A stretch of DNA of 64,000 bases, taken from Spirochaetia bacterium. GTDB taxonomy: Bacteria > Spirochaetota > Spirochaetia > SZUA-6 > Bin103. Each line of letters opens with the position of its first letter. Positions within the stretch are counted from its first letter, which is position 1. The stretch is taken from assembly GCA_965199955.1 (NCBI GenBank), contig CBDATQ010000001.1:1440001-1504000 (forward strand). Direction: 5' to 3'. Shown piece by piece: positions 51,122-61,268 of the stretch. Below the pieces are notes generated by a model, which was not told the origin of the DNA, did not search any database, and was given only the letters and a program-made list of their open reading frames with translations. A program made the position numbers and the translations under genes.

Positions 51122-51472
51122 TCAACCCACCTCAGGCGATTTCCCGGTACCGGAGCTCCTCGTGGGTATGCTAGAAATCGATCCGATCAGCAGCATCCGA
51201 AGCTCCTCGATGCCGATCTCTCGGCGCGCCTCGGTCGCCGTTGGCGGCCACGGAAATCGCCCCTTCATCCACAGACAGAATCCCGTCCGATCCCAGTACA
51301 CCGCTTTCAGCACGCGCCGCCGCGCGTTGCAGAACACGAACAGCGCCGTCTCGAACGGACTGAGCTGCATCTGCTCCTGCACCAGCACTACCAGCCCGTT
51401 GACCTGCGTGCGCATATCGGTCGCCCCAGGCCGTACGAAGATCCGCGCCGCGCCCAGCTCCACCCGGATCAC
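51122..51472 (-). CDS. tnpB: IS66 accessory protein TnpB, probably defective
   Basis: TDMRTQVNGL, LFVFCN, YWDRTGFCLWMKGRFPWP (usual RLE residues missing). Confidence 0.8.
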   Translation of the reverse strand: MIRVELGAARIFVRPGATDMRTQVNGLVVLVQEQMQLSPFETALFVFCNARRRVLKAVYWDRTGFCLWMKGRFPWPPTATEARREIGIEELRMLLIGSISSIPTRSSGTGKSPEVG

Positions 51473-51783
51473 CGCTCGCCCTCCAGCGCCGCCAGTACTT
51501 CGCGCAGATCGGTAGCCCGCACCGACCGCCTCAGCTTCAGCACGTACCGCTGGCCGACCACCAGCTCGATCGTCGCGCCCGGCTCGGCACCGCCGCCGCG
51601 CTGCCCCAGTTCGACCAGCCGCTGACTCTCCGGCCCCGAGGACTGCCTCGACTTGCCCGCCCACCGGCACAGCGACGAATACGGCAGGCCATGCCGCTCG
51701 CTGTACGCCTTGCTCGACAGGCCGCTGCTCCGCCACTCGGCAACCTGCTGGCTCCAATACTCGCGCCCGTGTCTCTCGTTCAC
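51469..51783 (-). CDS. tnpA: IS66 accessory protein TnpA
   Basis: WSQQVAEWRSSGLSSKAYSERHGL helix-turn-helix; start uncertain. Confidence 0.75.
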   Translation of the reverse strand: MNERHGREYWSQQVAEWRSSGLSSKAYSERHGLPYSSLCRWAGKSRQSSGPESQRLVELGQRGGGAEPGATIELVVGQRYVLKLRRSVRATDLREVLAALEGER

Positions 51784-51857
51784 CTCATCGTCCCTCTTGA
51801 CAGGGACGATCACCCGCTATTTCAGCCGTCGTAAGGTGGCGTTCAGCAGACGCTTAC

Positions 51858-52190
51858 GCTCACCAACGGGTTGCTGCTCACGCAAGTGGAGATGACGACC
51901 ACGGATCACGAACGCGTTGCCATGCTTCTCGGGGTGGCCCGCTGTGCGGACTGGAACTCGCGTTTGTCTCGATGGAATCCGCATGGAGCCAACGAAAAGA
52001 GCGAGCAGGTGTTCAGCAATCAAGCCCTTAATACGCTGGACAGCTACGCTGGCCGATCTTTGGGCAGCCTCGACACAACGTGGAAGATTCGTTTTGTCAG
52101 CGAGCGAGTGAAATCAGGTTGCGTCCAGCCGGTCGACGCGCGAAGTCTTCGCAGCATTGCAGACATCTGGCTCACCGATCTGCCCGCGCT
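51858..52190 (+). pseudogene. DUF1156-type adenine methyltransferase fragment
   Basis: ADWNSRLSRWN...QVFSNQALNTL...ADIWLTDLP (broken at the DPPY position). Confidence 0.6.
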
Positions 52191-53570
52191 GCGTCGGTAT
52201 CGTCTCCACGGGATTGATCATACGCGGCTCCGGCGTGGTGGATTGGCTGGCGGACATGCGCTTCGAGTGCGTCATGCCGGGTCAGGTGGGCAGCGCGCAA
52301 CCGAACAACCTGTTGCGCTTCCTGCGGCGCATCTCGATGCGCACGAAGAGCCCTGCTGCTCGCCACCGCCACGCCGGTACAACTGCATCCCATCGAGGCG
52401 TTCGACCTCTTGGAGGCGCTGGCGCAGGGTTCGGACGCGGTGCTGGGTTCCGCCGGCAGCCGCTGGCGTCAGCGGCAGCCGTCCCTCGACCTGCTGCTGG
52501 GCAAAGCCCCGCTGCCGACCGGGTTCCACGAGCGTTGGGACTGGCTGCGCAATCCGCTGCCGCCGCGCTCGGAAGGGAAGGACTTTCAGATTCTACGCCA
52601 CTCGCTGTCGCTGTCGGACCAGGATGCCTACACGCTGGGGAGCGCGGTGGACAAGCTGCGCCCGCCGGACCGACAGCGCATCGAGGATGGATTCGGGCGG
52701 TTCATCGAGCATCACAACCCATACCTTCGCAGCATCATCCTGCGTACCCGCGAGTACCTCGAAACGACGGCCGATCCGGAGACCGGCGAGCCCTACCTGA
52801 CGCCCGTACGCGTCCGACTCCGCGGCGAAGCGCCCGCCGATGCGATCACGCTGCCGCCGTTCCTCCAAGACGCCTACGAACACGCCGAGGAGTTCTGCCG
52901 GTTGCTCGGCCGGCGAGCGAACGCCGGCCTGTTCCGCACCATGCTGCTCCGCCGCCTGGGCAGCACAATCGAGGCGGGCCGCCTCATCGTGGGCCGGATT
53001 CTCGACGGCTGGCACGACCATGACGACGAAGAGGAGGACGAAGACGGCGATGCTCAACTTCGCGCGCTGACCGACGCGGAACGGGGAGTGCTGATCAGGC
53101 TCGCGGAGGGGATGGAGGCGAACCTGGAGCGGGATCCGAAGTTGGCCGCCGTCGCGCGCTTGCTCGTCGATGACGGCTGGCTCGATCGCGGATGCATCGT
53201 TGGAATCCGTCCCGCCTCGAACAGCGCAAGGGACGCATTCAGCGCATCGGACAGGTCCGGCCGGAAGTCGACGTGTACAACATGCGCTACGCCGGGTCGG
53301 TCGAGGATCGCGTGCACGAGCTCCTGTCCGAGCGGCTGGAGAGCATCTCTCGCCTGTTCGGCCAGTTGCCCGACACGCTGGAAGACGTATGGGTGCAGGT
53401 CGCGCTGGGTCAGGCGGAAAACGCGAAGCGAACCATCGACGCCGTCCCGCAGAAGCACCCTTTCGAGCTTCGCTACCGCGAAGTCCGCCACGTCGACTGG
53501 GAGTCGTGCGCGCGCGTGCTCGACGACGCGGCGCGGCGTGAGGCCCTGGCGCGTGGCTGGCAATCCGCTA
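52180..53570 (+). pseudogene. SNF2-type helicase remnant with frameshifts and internal deletions
   Basis: GIVSTGLI, LATATPVQLHPIEAFDLL, HNPYLRSIILRTR, WNPSRLEQRKGRIQRIGQ in different frames. Confidence 0.75.
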
Positions 53571-53794
53571 GTCAGCCGGGATGCCGGGTAGACGTGACCC
53601 GATCGTCGTACACTGCAGGCGCCGCCGTCAGCGCCAGTGGGCGGACACCATCGTCATCTGGGCCGGCACGCCCCTGAAGCACCGCGTCTCCAAGCACTTC
53701 GAGGGCGGGGGAGACGACTGGGTGATCACCGTCGGCCGGCGCGGCATCGCGGCGCTGGCCGAGACGGTCATCGCGTACCTATCCTGACTCCGCG

Positions 53795-54236
53795 CATGTC
53801 GGTCCTGCTGGTCGTCGTGGTCGCCGCCGCCGCGGTGGGAGGCGTCTCGTTCCTGTTGAAGTTCATGCTCACCAGAGGGATCCGCCACGTCGAGAAGGTG
53901 ATCAACACCGCGATCGCCGACACGACCGACATCGTCAACGACCAGGCGCTGCCCGAGCGGTGGCACCGTGAGGTGACGCGGTCGGTGCGGCGCCACCCCG
54001 ACCCGCGCCGCGGCGAGGCCGCGAAGCGGCTGGTCCTGCAACGGCTGGACCGGTTGATCGCGCAGGTGGAGCGCGGCACCGTCATGCAGGGGGAGACGCG
54101 GGACTTCGCGATGGAGCGGCTGTGCGAAGTCCGCGAGCGCTGGGCGGAACTCGGCTGGCCGGAGATCGCGGCGGCCGTCGCACCGCGGTCGTCCGCCGAG
54201 CCTGAGGAGGGGGATGGGCCGGAAGGCGAGCCGTAG
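53795..54236 (+). CDS. Hypothetical protein with N-terminal membrane anchor
   Basis: MSVLLVVVVAAAAVGGVSFLL hydrophobic start; high-GC3 coding pattern. Confidence 0.55.
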
Positions 54237-54396
54237 GCGGAAGTCGCTCAGCCGACCGGCAGTCCCGTGGGACGGCACGTCGGCGGCGTCGACCGCGGAT
54301 CGTAGATGACCCAGGCTGTGTGCGGGCCCTGCCGCACGCCCGATTGCAGAGCTTCCTCGATCCCCGGTATGTTGCTGTTGGCGAGCGAGCAAGAGG

Positions 54397-54813
54397 TTGA
54401 ACCGTTGCAGGTTGTACGCAGTGACCGGCCTGTCGGCCGCGTTCGTGCTTCTTGGAGCGTGTATGATTGGGGGGAAAAGCACGCCGACTTCGGATCCTTT
54501 TACTTTGAACAACGCGACTGTAACCGACGACGTGCTCACCGTCAGCGTGTCGTATGGTGGTGGCTGCCGGGATCACGAGTTCCATCTTCACAAGGCCGAC
54601 AGGTTCATGGAGTCGGACCCGGTCCAACTCGGGATTGCCGTCATACATGATGGCAACGGGGACCGTTGTGAAGCATGGATAACCGAACAGCACTCGTTCG
54701 ATCTCAGCGAGATCAAAGCGCAGTGGCGAGACGCCTACCGGCGCGAGTCAGGCAGTGTACAATTGCGTCTCAGGGATGCTGTCGGCGACGAAGCGCTCCT
54801 CTATCGATTCTGA
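54397..54813 (+). CDS. Hypothetical lipoprotein
   Basis: Lipobox-like LLGAC; VSYGGGC...FMESDPVQ...DRCEA. Confidence 0.55.
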   Translation: MNRCRLYAVTGLSAAFVLLGACMIGGKSTPTSDPFTLNNATVTDDVLTVSVSYGGGCRDHEFHLHKADRFMESDPVQLGIAVIHDGNGDRCEAWITEQHSFDLSEIKAQWRDAYRRESGSVQLRLRDAVGDEALLYRF

Positions 54814-54875
54814 TCTGCTGAGCACGGATCGACCCGTAAACTCGCGCCGGTCTCAAAGCCGGACGATGCAGCAGC

Positions 54876-56555
54876 TTAGCTGACCGGCAGTCCCAGGGCC
54901 GGCACGCCGGCGGTGGCGCCGTGCGCCGGCAGCCTGCCGATGCGGGTGCCCTCGTAGCCGATCTCCAGCTCCGCGTCCTCCACGGTCAGCGGCAGCTCGT
55001 CCGCGGTGCGCTGGTTGCGCCGGCTGGCGCGCACCGTGAAACGGTTCACCCCGGCGCGCGGCGGCGTCGCGCGCAGATCGTAGATGAACCAGGCCGTCCG
55101 CGGGTCCTGCCGTACGCCCGGCTCCATCGGATTGGCCAACGGCAGCGTCCTGGCACCTTCCGGGCCCTCCATGCGCACCTCCAGCTCGTCCGCGATCGTC
55201 GGGTTGGCCACGTGCAGGAGCAGGCGCACCGAGTGGACCACGTCCCCCGCTCCGGCCACGTCATCGACGATGTCGAAGGTCAGCGGCGCCGGATCGCCGG
55301 TGATGGTCAGGGGCAGAGAGCGCTCGGTTTCCAGGCAGTTGGGAAACGACGACGTCGAACGCATCATCAGGTAGCGCTTGTCCCGGTAGCGCAGCCGCTC
55401 GGGATCGGCGATCTCGTCGAGCGCGGGCACCAGGTCCTGGTCATAGGTCGGCAGGGTCCCGAACCAGTTGAACACGTACAGGCCGTCGACGCCCGCGCGG
55501 TGGTGGCGCGCGGCCATGCCGCGCACCATGTCGAGCGACATCGGCGTCATCAGCGGCGGGTCGTACCACCAGCGGTTGTGGCCGTCGTTGTGGCCGGCCA
55601 TGTAGCCCTCCTCGATCGCGGCCAGCAGGTGCACGGGCGAGTTCCCGGCGCGCGCCACCCACTCGGCCGCGTCGTGCTCGAAGTCCTGCGGGAAAAACGG
55701 CGAGGTCACCACGATGTCGACCAGGTGGTCGTCGATCCAGTCCTCGATGTCGATCCCCAGACGGCGGGTGCCGTCCAGCGTGGGGGGCAGGCGCACGGCG
55801 AGCCCGATCTCCCGGCCCTTGGTCCGCCCGATCTCGTCCAGTCCGGCGCGCGTCTCGCGCACCATCTGCGTCAGCAGGTGGGCGTTGCGCCGCTCGTCGC
55901 CGAAGCGGAAGTAGCCGGGGATGCGGATGAAGTCGAACACGAACCCCGCGCAGTCGTACCGCTCGCACACCTCCAGGGCGATGTCGCGCCGCAGGGCGCG
56001 CACCTCCTCGTGCGCGAAGTCCTGCATCCAGGTCAGGGCCGACTGGGTCGCGGGGTGGTCCTTCCAGCCGGCGGCCCCCTCCTCGCCGATCAGGAGGTCG
56101 GTACGCTCCTCGTAGAAGCGGCTGCCGCCGAGCCGGTAGACCTTGCCGTCGGACACGTGATGCCAGTCGTTCATGCTCAGGCGGAACCAGAAGTCGATGC
56201 CCAGGCGCTCTGCCGCCTCCACCTGCAGGCCGAGCGGGTCGTGCCCGGCCGCCCAGGTCCGCTTCAGGTTCTCGGCGTGGCGCCAGTAGCGGACGTCGCC
56301 GAGCGTGGCGCCGCGCTCGTAGCGCTCCACCAGGTACTCCATCCGCGTCTTCTGCGAAGGGAACGCGGTGACGTAACCGGCGTCGGGGCCGATCCCCTCC
56401 GTACAGGCGTCCACCGGGGTCCCCACGAAATAGCCGAGGTGTCCGGCCCCGTGCATCTCCGGCGCCATCGGCGGGTTGTACATGGACTCGTAGGGGTGGT
56501 TCTGGTCCCACATGATGCGGTAGCGGCGCGCGAGCCGCCCGGCCGGTTTCTTCAT
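54876..56555 (-). CDS. Uncharacterised GHL10-like TIM-barrel protein, paralog of 36735..38390
   Basis: GRLARRYR, SMNDWHH, GKVYRL, QDFAHEEVR, FDFIR, GLYVFN, SFPNC; RBS GGAG. Confidence 0.65.
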   Translation of the reverse strand: MKKPAGRLARRYRIMWDQNHPYESMYNPPMAPEMHGAGHLGYFVGTPVDACTEGIGPDAGYVTAFPSQKTRMEYLVERYERGATLGDVRYWRHAENLKRTWAAGHDPLGLQVEAAERLGIDFWFRLSMNDWHHVSDGKVYRLGGSRFYEERTDLLIGEEGAAGWKDHPATQSALTWMQDFAHEEVRALRRDIALEVCERYDCAGFVFDFIRIPGYFRFGDERRNAHLLTQMVRETRAGLDEIGRTKGREIGLAVRLPPTLDGTRRLGIDIEDWIDDHLVDIVVTSPFFPQDFEHDAAEWVARAGNSPVHLLAAIEEGYMAGHNDGHNRWWYDPPLMTPMSLDMVRGMAARHHRAGVDGLYVFNWFGTLPTYDQDLVPALDEIADPERLRYRDKRYLMMRSTSSFPNCLETERSLPLTITGDPAPLTFDIVDDVAGAGDVVHSVRLLLHVANPTIADELEVRMEGPEGARTLPLANPMEPGVRQDPRTAWFIYDLRATPPRAGVNRFTVRASRRNQRTADELPLTVEDAELEIGYEGTRIGRLPAHGATAGVPALGLPVS

Positions 56556-56686
56556 TCGTTCTCCTCCCCTGCGGGCCGCATTGCAGTGCAACCGTAGCCG
56601 CACGGCGGCTTGCCGGTCGAGTTGCCCTCGTCCGGGGCCTCCTGCATCATCGGCCGTGCTGCCGGCAGACGGAGGTGACACGGCCC

Positions 56687-57601
56687 ATGAAGAGGACGCC
56701 CGACGGACTGATTCCGATCGTCGACACCCACCAGCATCTCTGGGACCTGGAGCGGCTGAACCCGCCGTGGCTGAGCCAGACACCGCCCGTGATGCAGCAG
56801 AGCTACACCATCGGCACCTACCTGCGTGAGGCGCGAGGCACCGGCATCGAGCGGGCGGTCTACATGGAAGTCGACGTGGCCATGTCCGACCGGCCGCTCG
56901 AGCGCGAGCTGGTCGCCGGGCTGTGCCTGCGGCCTGAGGTGCCGACCGCTGCCGCGGTGTTCTCCGGCTCGGTCGACTCCCCCGATTTCGCGAACGAGCT
57001 CGCGGCCATACGGCAGCAGGAGTCGTGCCGCGGCATCCGTCACCTCCTGCACCCTCCGACCACCGCGCCCGGCACGCTGCTCTCGGACGGATTCGCCGCC
57101 GGGTTGGCGCTGCTGGCGGATGCGGGCCTGCTGTTCGACATCTGCATCCGGCCGCGCGAGCTTGCCGATGCCGTGCAGGTCGCGCGGCGCTGTCCACGGA
57201 ACACCTTCATCGTCGATCACTGCGGCAACGCCGATCCCCTGGTGGTCTCCGGAAAGACCGGGCCGTCGGACGACGAGGTGTACGGCCACGACCGTCAGCA
57301 GTGGCTGGACGACATGGCCGCGCTGGGCGCCCAAGGCAACGCGATCTGCAAGATCTCCGGCATCGTGGCGCGCGGCGGGCCGGGCTGGACGGCGGAGGAC
57401 GTGGCGCCGGCCGTCGATCACTGCATCGACTGCTTCGGCGAGGACCGCATCGTGTTCGGCAGCGACTGGCCGGTGTGCGTGCCCACCAGCCCGTTGGCGG
57501 GCTGGGTCACCGCGTTGCGGAAGATCGTCGGCCGGCGGCCGGAGCGGCTGCAGCACAAGCTGCTGCACGGGAACGCCGAGCGCATCTACCGTCTTCGGTG
57601 A
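56687..57601 (+). CDS. Amidohydrolase_2 family protein (sugar lactonase-like)
   Basis: IVDTHQHLWD, GIRH, VDHCG, CKISG, FGSDWPV. Confidence 0.85.
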   Translation: MKRTPDGLIPIVDTHQHLWDLERLNPPWLSQTPPVMQQSYTIGTYLREARGTGIERAVYMEVDVAMSDRPLERELVAGLCLRPEVPTAAAVFSGSVDSPDFANELAAIRQQESCRGIRHLLHPPTTAPGTLLSDGFAAGLALLADAGLLFDICIRPRELADAVQVARRCPRNTFIVDHCGNADPLVVSGKTGPSDDEVYGHDRQQWLDDMAALGAQGNAICKISGIVARGGPGWTAEDVAPAVDHCIDCFGEDRIVFGSDWPVCVPTSPLAGWVTALRKIVGRRPERLQHKLLHGNAERIYRLR

Positions 57602-57617
57602 TCCGCGGGCGGCCGGG

Positions 57618-59015
57618 GTGATCGAAGCGGAGCGTCACCGGATCCGCGCCGAGCTGCTGGCCGCTGCCCCCGGGCACGTGCTCGCGGCGGTCGAGGCCCA
57701 TACCGCCGAGGTTCGGCGCACGCTTGCCCGATCCGCGCCCGCCACGCAGGACGCGGTGCTCGCCGGGGTCGCCGCGCTGGCCATCGATCTGCGCTCGGAG
57801 TGGATGCTGTGGGCACGCCATCCGGGAGATGAGGCAGGCGAGGCCGCGGCGGCCGCGTCGCACCATTTGTGCCGGTTGCTCTACGGGAACGGACGCTCGG
57901 ACCTGAGCGACGCGGTGCGCTCGGAGGCCGCGTCAATCCAGGCGAGCAATCTGGCGCGTCTGGCGCGCATGACCGCCGCGGGCAAGCGCGCAAACCCCTG
58001 GGGCAACGACTCGCCGCAGGAGCTCGGCTGGGCGCTGCGGCGGGGCGCGGTGCTGGTGACCACCAACCCGATCATGATCGACGCGGCGTGCCGCGCAGCG
58101 CCGGAGCGGTGGGAACCGGTGCGGCACACGATCGTCACGGACACCGCGATCGAGCCCGGGCACCGGTCTGTCGAGCTCACCCTGCGCGTGGTCGCCGGCG
58201 TCGCCCGCGAGCTGCGGCCGATCTTCGCTGCGAGCGCCGGCGCGTACGGCTGGGTTACGTATCAGGTCGACCCGCGCGCTGCCGGCGATGCCGCGTCGAT
58301 GATCGACGAGGCGACGTACGTGCACGATCGCCTGTCGGCCGAGCTCGGCGTCACGCCCAACGTGCGCTTCAAGCTGCCGGGGACCGAGGCGAGTCTTGAC
58401 GCCTGCGCCGTCCTGGCCGCACGGGCGATCGGCCTGGTGATCACCGCGAGCTGCGCGGTCGCGCAGCACCTGGCGTTCGCGGAAGTGCTGGAGCGGAGCG
58501 CACCGGATGCGCGCACCGGGCCGGCCGGGCTGCTGGTGATGATGAACGGCCGGCTCGACGAGACGGTCGCCGCCGAACTGGCAGCGACCGGCGACCCGGA
58601 CCCGGAATCGGTCGCCCGGTGGGCGAGCGCGGCGATCACGCGCCGCTCGTACGCCCTGCTCCGCGAACGCGGCTGTCGCCGCTCCGCGTTGCTGGTCGCA
58701 TCCATGCGCGGGCCGTGGAACATCGACACCGCGATCACCGCCGGCCCGGAGCCGGTGTACTTGTCCTGCTTCCCGGACCGGGCGCGCGCCTACGACGCCG
58801 AGCCGCGCCCGCTCGACGCCGGCATCGACGATCGGGTCGGCGGTGACACCCTGGACCGGCTGGCGCGCAGCCGCAGCTTCCGGCTGGCCTTCGAGCCGGA
58901 GGCGATGCGGCCGGCGCGGTTCGCAGACCACCCGACGGTCGCCGTCACCCTCACGTCGTTCGCTGCGGCCCGCGATGGGCTCGATCGCTACACCATGAGC
59001 CCGACGCGGGTTTGA
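57618..59015 (+). CDS. Transaldolase-family protein with N-terminal extension
   Basis: WGND, VTTNP, QVDP, FKLPGT, MNGRLD, LVASMR; GTG start inferred. Confidence 0.75.
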   Translation: MIEAERHRIRAELLAAAPGHVLAAVEAHTAEVRRTLARSAPATQDAVLAGVAALAIDLRSEWMLWARHPGDEAGEAAAAASHHLCRLLYGNGRSDLSDAVRSEAASIQASNLARLARMTAAGKRANPWGNDSPQELGWALRRGAVLVTTNPIMIDAACRAAPERWEPVRHTIVTDTAIEPGHRSVELTLRVVAGVARELRPIFAASAGAYGWVTYQVDPRAAGDAASMIDEATYVHDRLSAELGVTPNVRFKLPGTEASLDACAVLAARAIGLVITASCAVAQHLAFAEVLERSAPDARTGPAGLLVMMNGRLDETVAAELAATGDPDPESVARWASAAITRRSYALLRERGCRRSALLVASMRGPWNIDTAITAGPEPVYLSCFPDRARAYDAEPRPLDAGIDDRVGGDTLDRLARSRSFRLAFEPEAMRPARFADHPTVAVTLTSFAAARDGLDRYTMSPTRV

Positions 59016-59052
59016 CCGGCGGCGCGACCGCCGACCATCATCCGCTCTGAAC

Positions 59053-60036
59053 ATGGGGTCCTACATCATCCGGCGCCTGTTGATCATGATCCCGACGGTG
59101 GCGCTGATCGCGGTGCTCACCTTCATCGTGGTGGAGCTTCCGCCCGGCGACTACGCCAGCCGGGTGGCCGAGGCGATGGAGCAGCGCGGGGAAAACATCG
59201 ACATGGAGTACATCCAGGCGATCCGCGAGCTGTATCGGCTGGACGACCCGACGTTCGTGCGCTTCTTCAGATGGCTGGGCGGTTTCATGACCGGCGACAT
59301 GGGCTACTCGATCGAATACCGCATGCCGGTGAGGAACGTGTTCCGGGACCGCTTTCCCATCACGATCCTGCTGTCGATCGCATCGATGCTGTTCACCTGG
59401 GCGGTGGCGTTCCCGATCGGCCTCTATTCGGCGGTGCGCCAATACTCGTTCGGCGACTACTTCTGGAGCGTGGTCGGCTTTATCGGGCTGTCGGTCCCCA
59501 ACTTCCTGCTGGCGCTGGTGCTGATGTTCTACTCGGCCAAGTACTTCGGCGGCGCCATCGGCGGCCTGTTCTCGAAGGAGTTCGAAGATGCCGCCTGGAG
59601 CATCCCAAAGGTCGTGAACCTGATAAAGAACCTGGCGATCCCCGTGATCGTCATCGGCACGGCCAGCACCGCGGGGCTGATCCGCATTCTGCGCGCCAAC
59701 CTGCTCGACGAGCTGAAGCGGCCCTACGTCGAGCTGGCGCGCGCCAAGGGCCTCACCGAGCGGCGCCTGATCGTCAAGTACCCGTTGCGCATCGCGATCA
59801 ACCCGTTCCTGTCGGGCGCCGGCAGCATCCTGCCGGGGCTGATCTCGGGCGCCGTGATCACGGAGATCGTACTCGACCTGCCGGCCATGGGGCCGGTTTT
59901 CCTGCGCGCGATCCGCGCGGAGGATATGCAGTTGGTCTCGAGCTACATGCTGATCCTCGGGATCCTCACCGTCATCGGCACGCTGCTCTCGGACCTGTTG
60001 CTTGCGGTGGCCGACCCGCGGATTCGCTATGAGTAG
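59053..60036 (+). CDS. ABC permease, OppB type
   Basis: YIIRRLL, LPPGDY, YVELARAKG, DPRIRYE. Confidence 0.92.
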   Translation: MGSYIIRRLLIMIPTVALIAVLTFIVVELPPGDYASRVAEAMEQRGENIDMEYIQAIRELYRLDDPTFVRFFRWLGGFMTGDMGYSIEYRMPVRNVFRDRFPITILLSIASMLFTWAVAFPIGLYSAVRQYSFGDYFWSVVGFIGLSVPNFLLALVLMFYSAKYFGGAIGGLFSKEFEDAAWSIPKVVNLIKNLAIPVIVIGTASTAGLIRILRANLLDELKRPYVELARAKGLTERRLIVKYPLRIAINPFLSGAGSILPGLISGAVITEIVLDLPAMGPVFLRAIRAEDMQLVSSYMLILGILTVIGTLLSDLLLAVADPRIRYE

Positions 60037-61171
60037 CGCCCCGGCCGACGCTCTGGCGCCCGTGGCGCCCGAGCGCCAGGTCTACGACGCCAGCCAGTGG
60101 AAGCTGATGCGGATCGCCTTCTTCAAGCACCGGCTGGCGGTGGCCGGAGCGGTGATCGTGGCCCTGGGGTACTTCACTCTGGCTTTTGCCGAGTTCCTGG
60201 CTCCCTACGACCCGACGCGTAGCGCCTACGTGTCGCCGATGCAGTCCAATCAGCTCATTCCGCCCAGGCTGCCGCGCATCCTCAGCCCGGAGGGCGTGCT
60301 CACGTGGCCGTACGTGCATCCGCTCGTCGAGGCGCGCGATCCGGTGACCCTGCGCGTCGCCTACGTGGAGGATCGCAGCGTCAGCTATCCGATCCGCCTG
60401 TTCGTCCATGGCGAGCCCTACAAGATGTGGGGGCTCTTCTGGTCCGACGTGCACCTGTGGGGGGTGGACGGCGACACGCGTCTGAACCTCCTGGGCACCG
60501 ACCAGAAGGCGCGGGACGTGTTCTCGAGGGTGCTGTGGGGTACGCGCATCTCGCTCAGCATCGGGCTGCTGGGGGTGCTGGTCACCTTCTTCCTGGCGAT
60601 CATCCTGGGCACCGTGTCCGGGTATTACTCGGGAGCGGTCGACACGCTGATCCAGCGCGTGATCGAGGTGATCGTCAGCGTGCCGACGCTGCCGCTGTGG
60701 ATGGTGCTGACGGTGGCCATCCCGCTGAACTGGCCGCTGGAGCGGGTGTTCTTCGCCATCACCCTGATCCTGGCGCTGCTCTCCTGGCCGGGGCTGGCGC
60801 GAACGGTGCGCGGCAAGGTGCTGGCGCTGCGGGAGGCCGACTACGCGATCGCCGCCCAGCTCGACAACGGGTCCACCAGCCGGGTGATGTTCGCGCACGT
60901 GATTCCCGGGGTGATGAGCCACCTGATCGCGTCGCTCACCCTGTCGATCCCCGGCATGATCCTGGGAGAGACCGCCCTGAGCTTCCTGGGGCTGGGGCTC
61001 CACGAGCCGGTGATAAGCTGGGGAGTGATGCTGCAGGACGCACAGCAGCTCCGCACCATCCTGTTCGCTCCGTGGCTGCTCTGGCCGGTGGCGGCCGTGG
61101 TGTTCTTCATCCTGGCCTTCAACTTCATGGGCGACGGCCTGCGCGACGCCGCCGACCCCTACAAGTCGTAG
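60029..61171 (+). CDS. ABC permease, OppC type
   Basis: SQWKLM, LGTDQKARDVFSR, ETALSFLGLG, GDGLRDAADP. Confidence 0.92.
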   Translation: MSSAPADALAPVAPERQVYDASQWKLMRIAFFKHRLAVAGAVIVALGYFTLAFAEFLAPYDPTRSAYVSPMQSNQLIPPRLPRILSPEGVLTWPYVHPLVEARDPVTLRVAYVEDRSVSYPIRLFVHGEPYKMWGLFWSDVHLWGVDGDTRLNLLGTDQKARDVFSRVLWGTRISLSIGLLGVLVTFFLAIILGTVSGYYSGAVDTLIQRVIEVIVSVPTLPLWMVLTVAIPLNWPLERVFFAITLILALLSWPGLARTVRGKVLALREADYAIAAQLDNGSTSRVMFAHVIPGVMSHLIASLTLSIPGMILGETALSFLGLGLHEPVISWGVMLQDAQQLRTILFAPWLLWPVAAVVFFILAFNFMGDGLRDAADPYKS

Positions 61172-61197
61172 GGCAAGTCGTACGGCAAGTCGCAGGG
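61162..61197 (+). repeat. Three imperfect 12-bp tandem repeats over the permease stop codon
   Basis: CAAGTCGTAGGG CAAGTCGTACGG CAAGTCGCAGGG. Confidence 0.8.
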
Positions 61198-61268
61198 TCC
61201 GAGCTTGCGCGCCGGACCGCGCGGCACGTACCATCACGCATCCACACCAACCGACAAGGAAGGACCGA

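Larger units (their letters stand above)
49441..51857 (-). mobile_element. IS66-family element, decayed
   Basis: Ends GTAAGCG...CGCTTAC; tnpA-tnpB-tnpC order; flanks GACCTTCA and GCTCACCA do not match. Confidence 0.88.
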
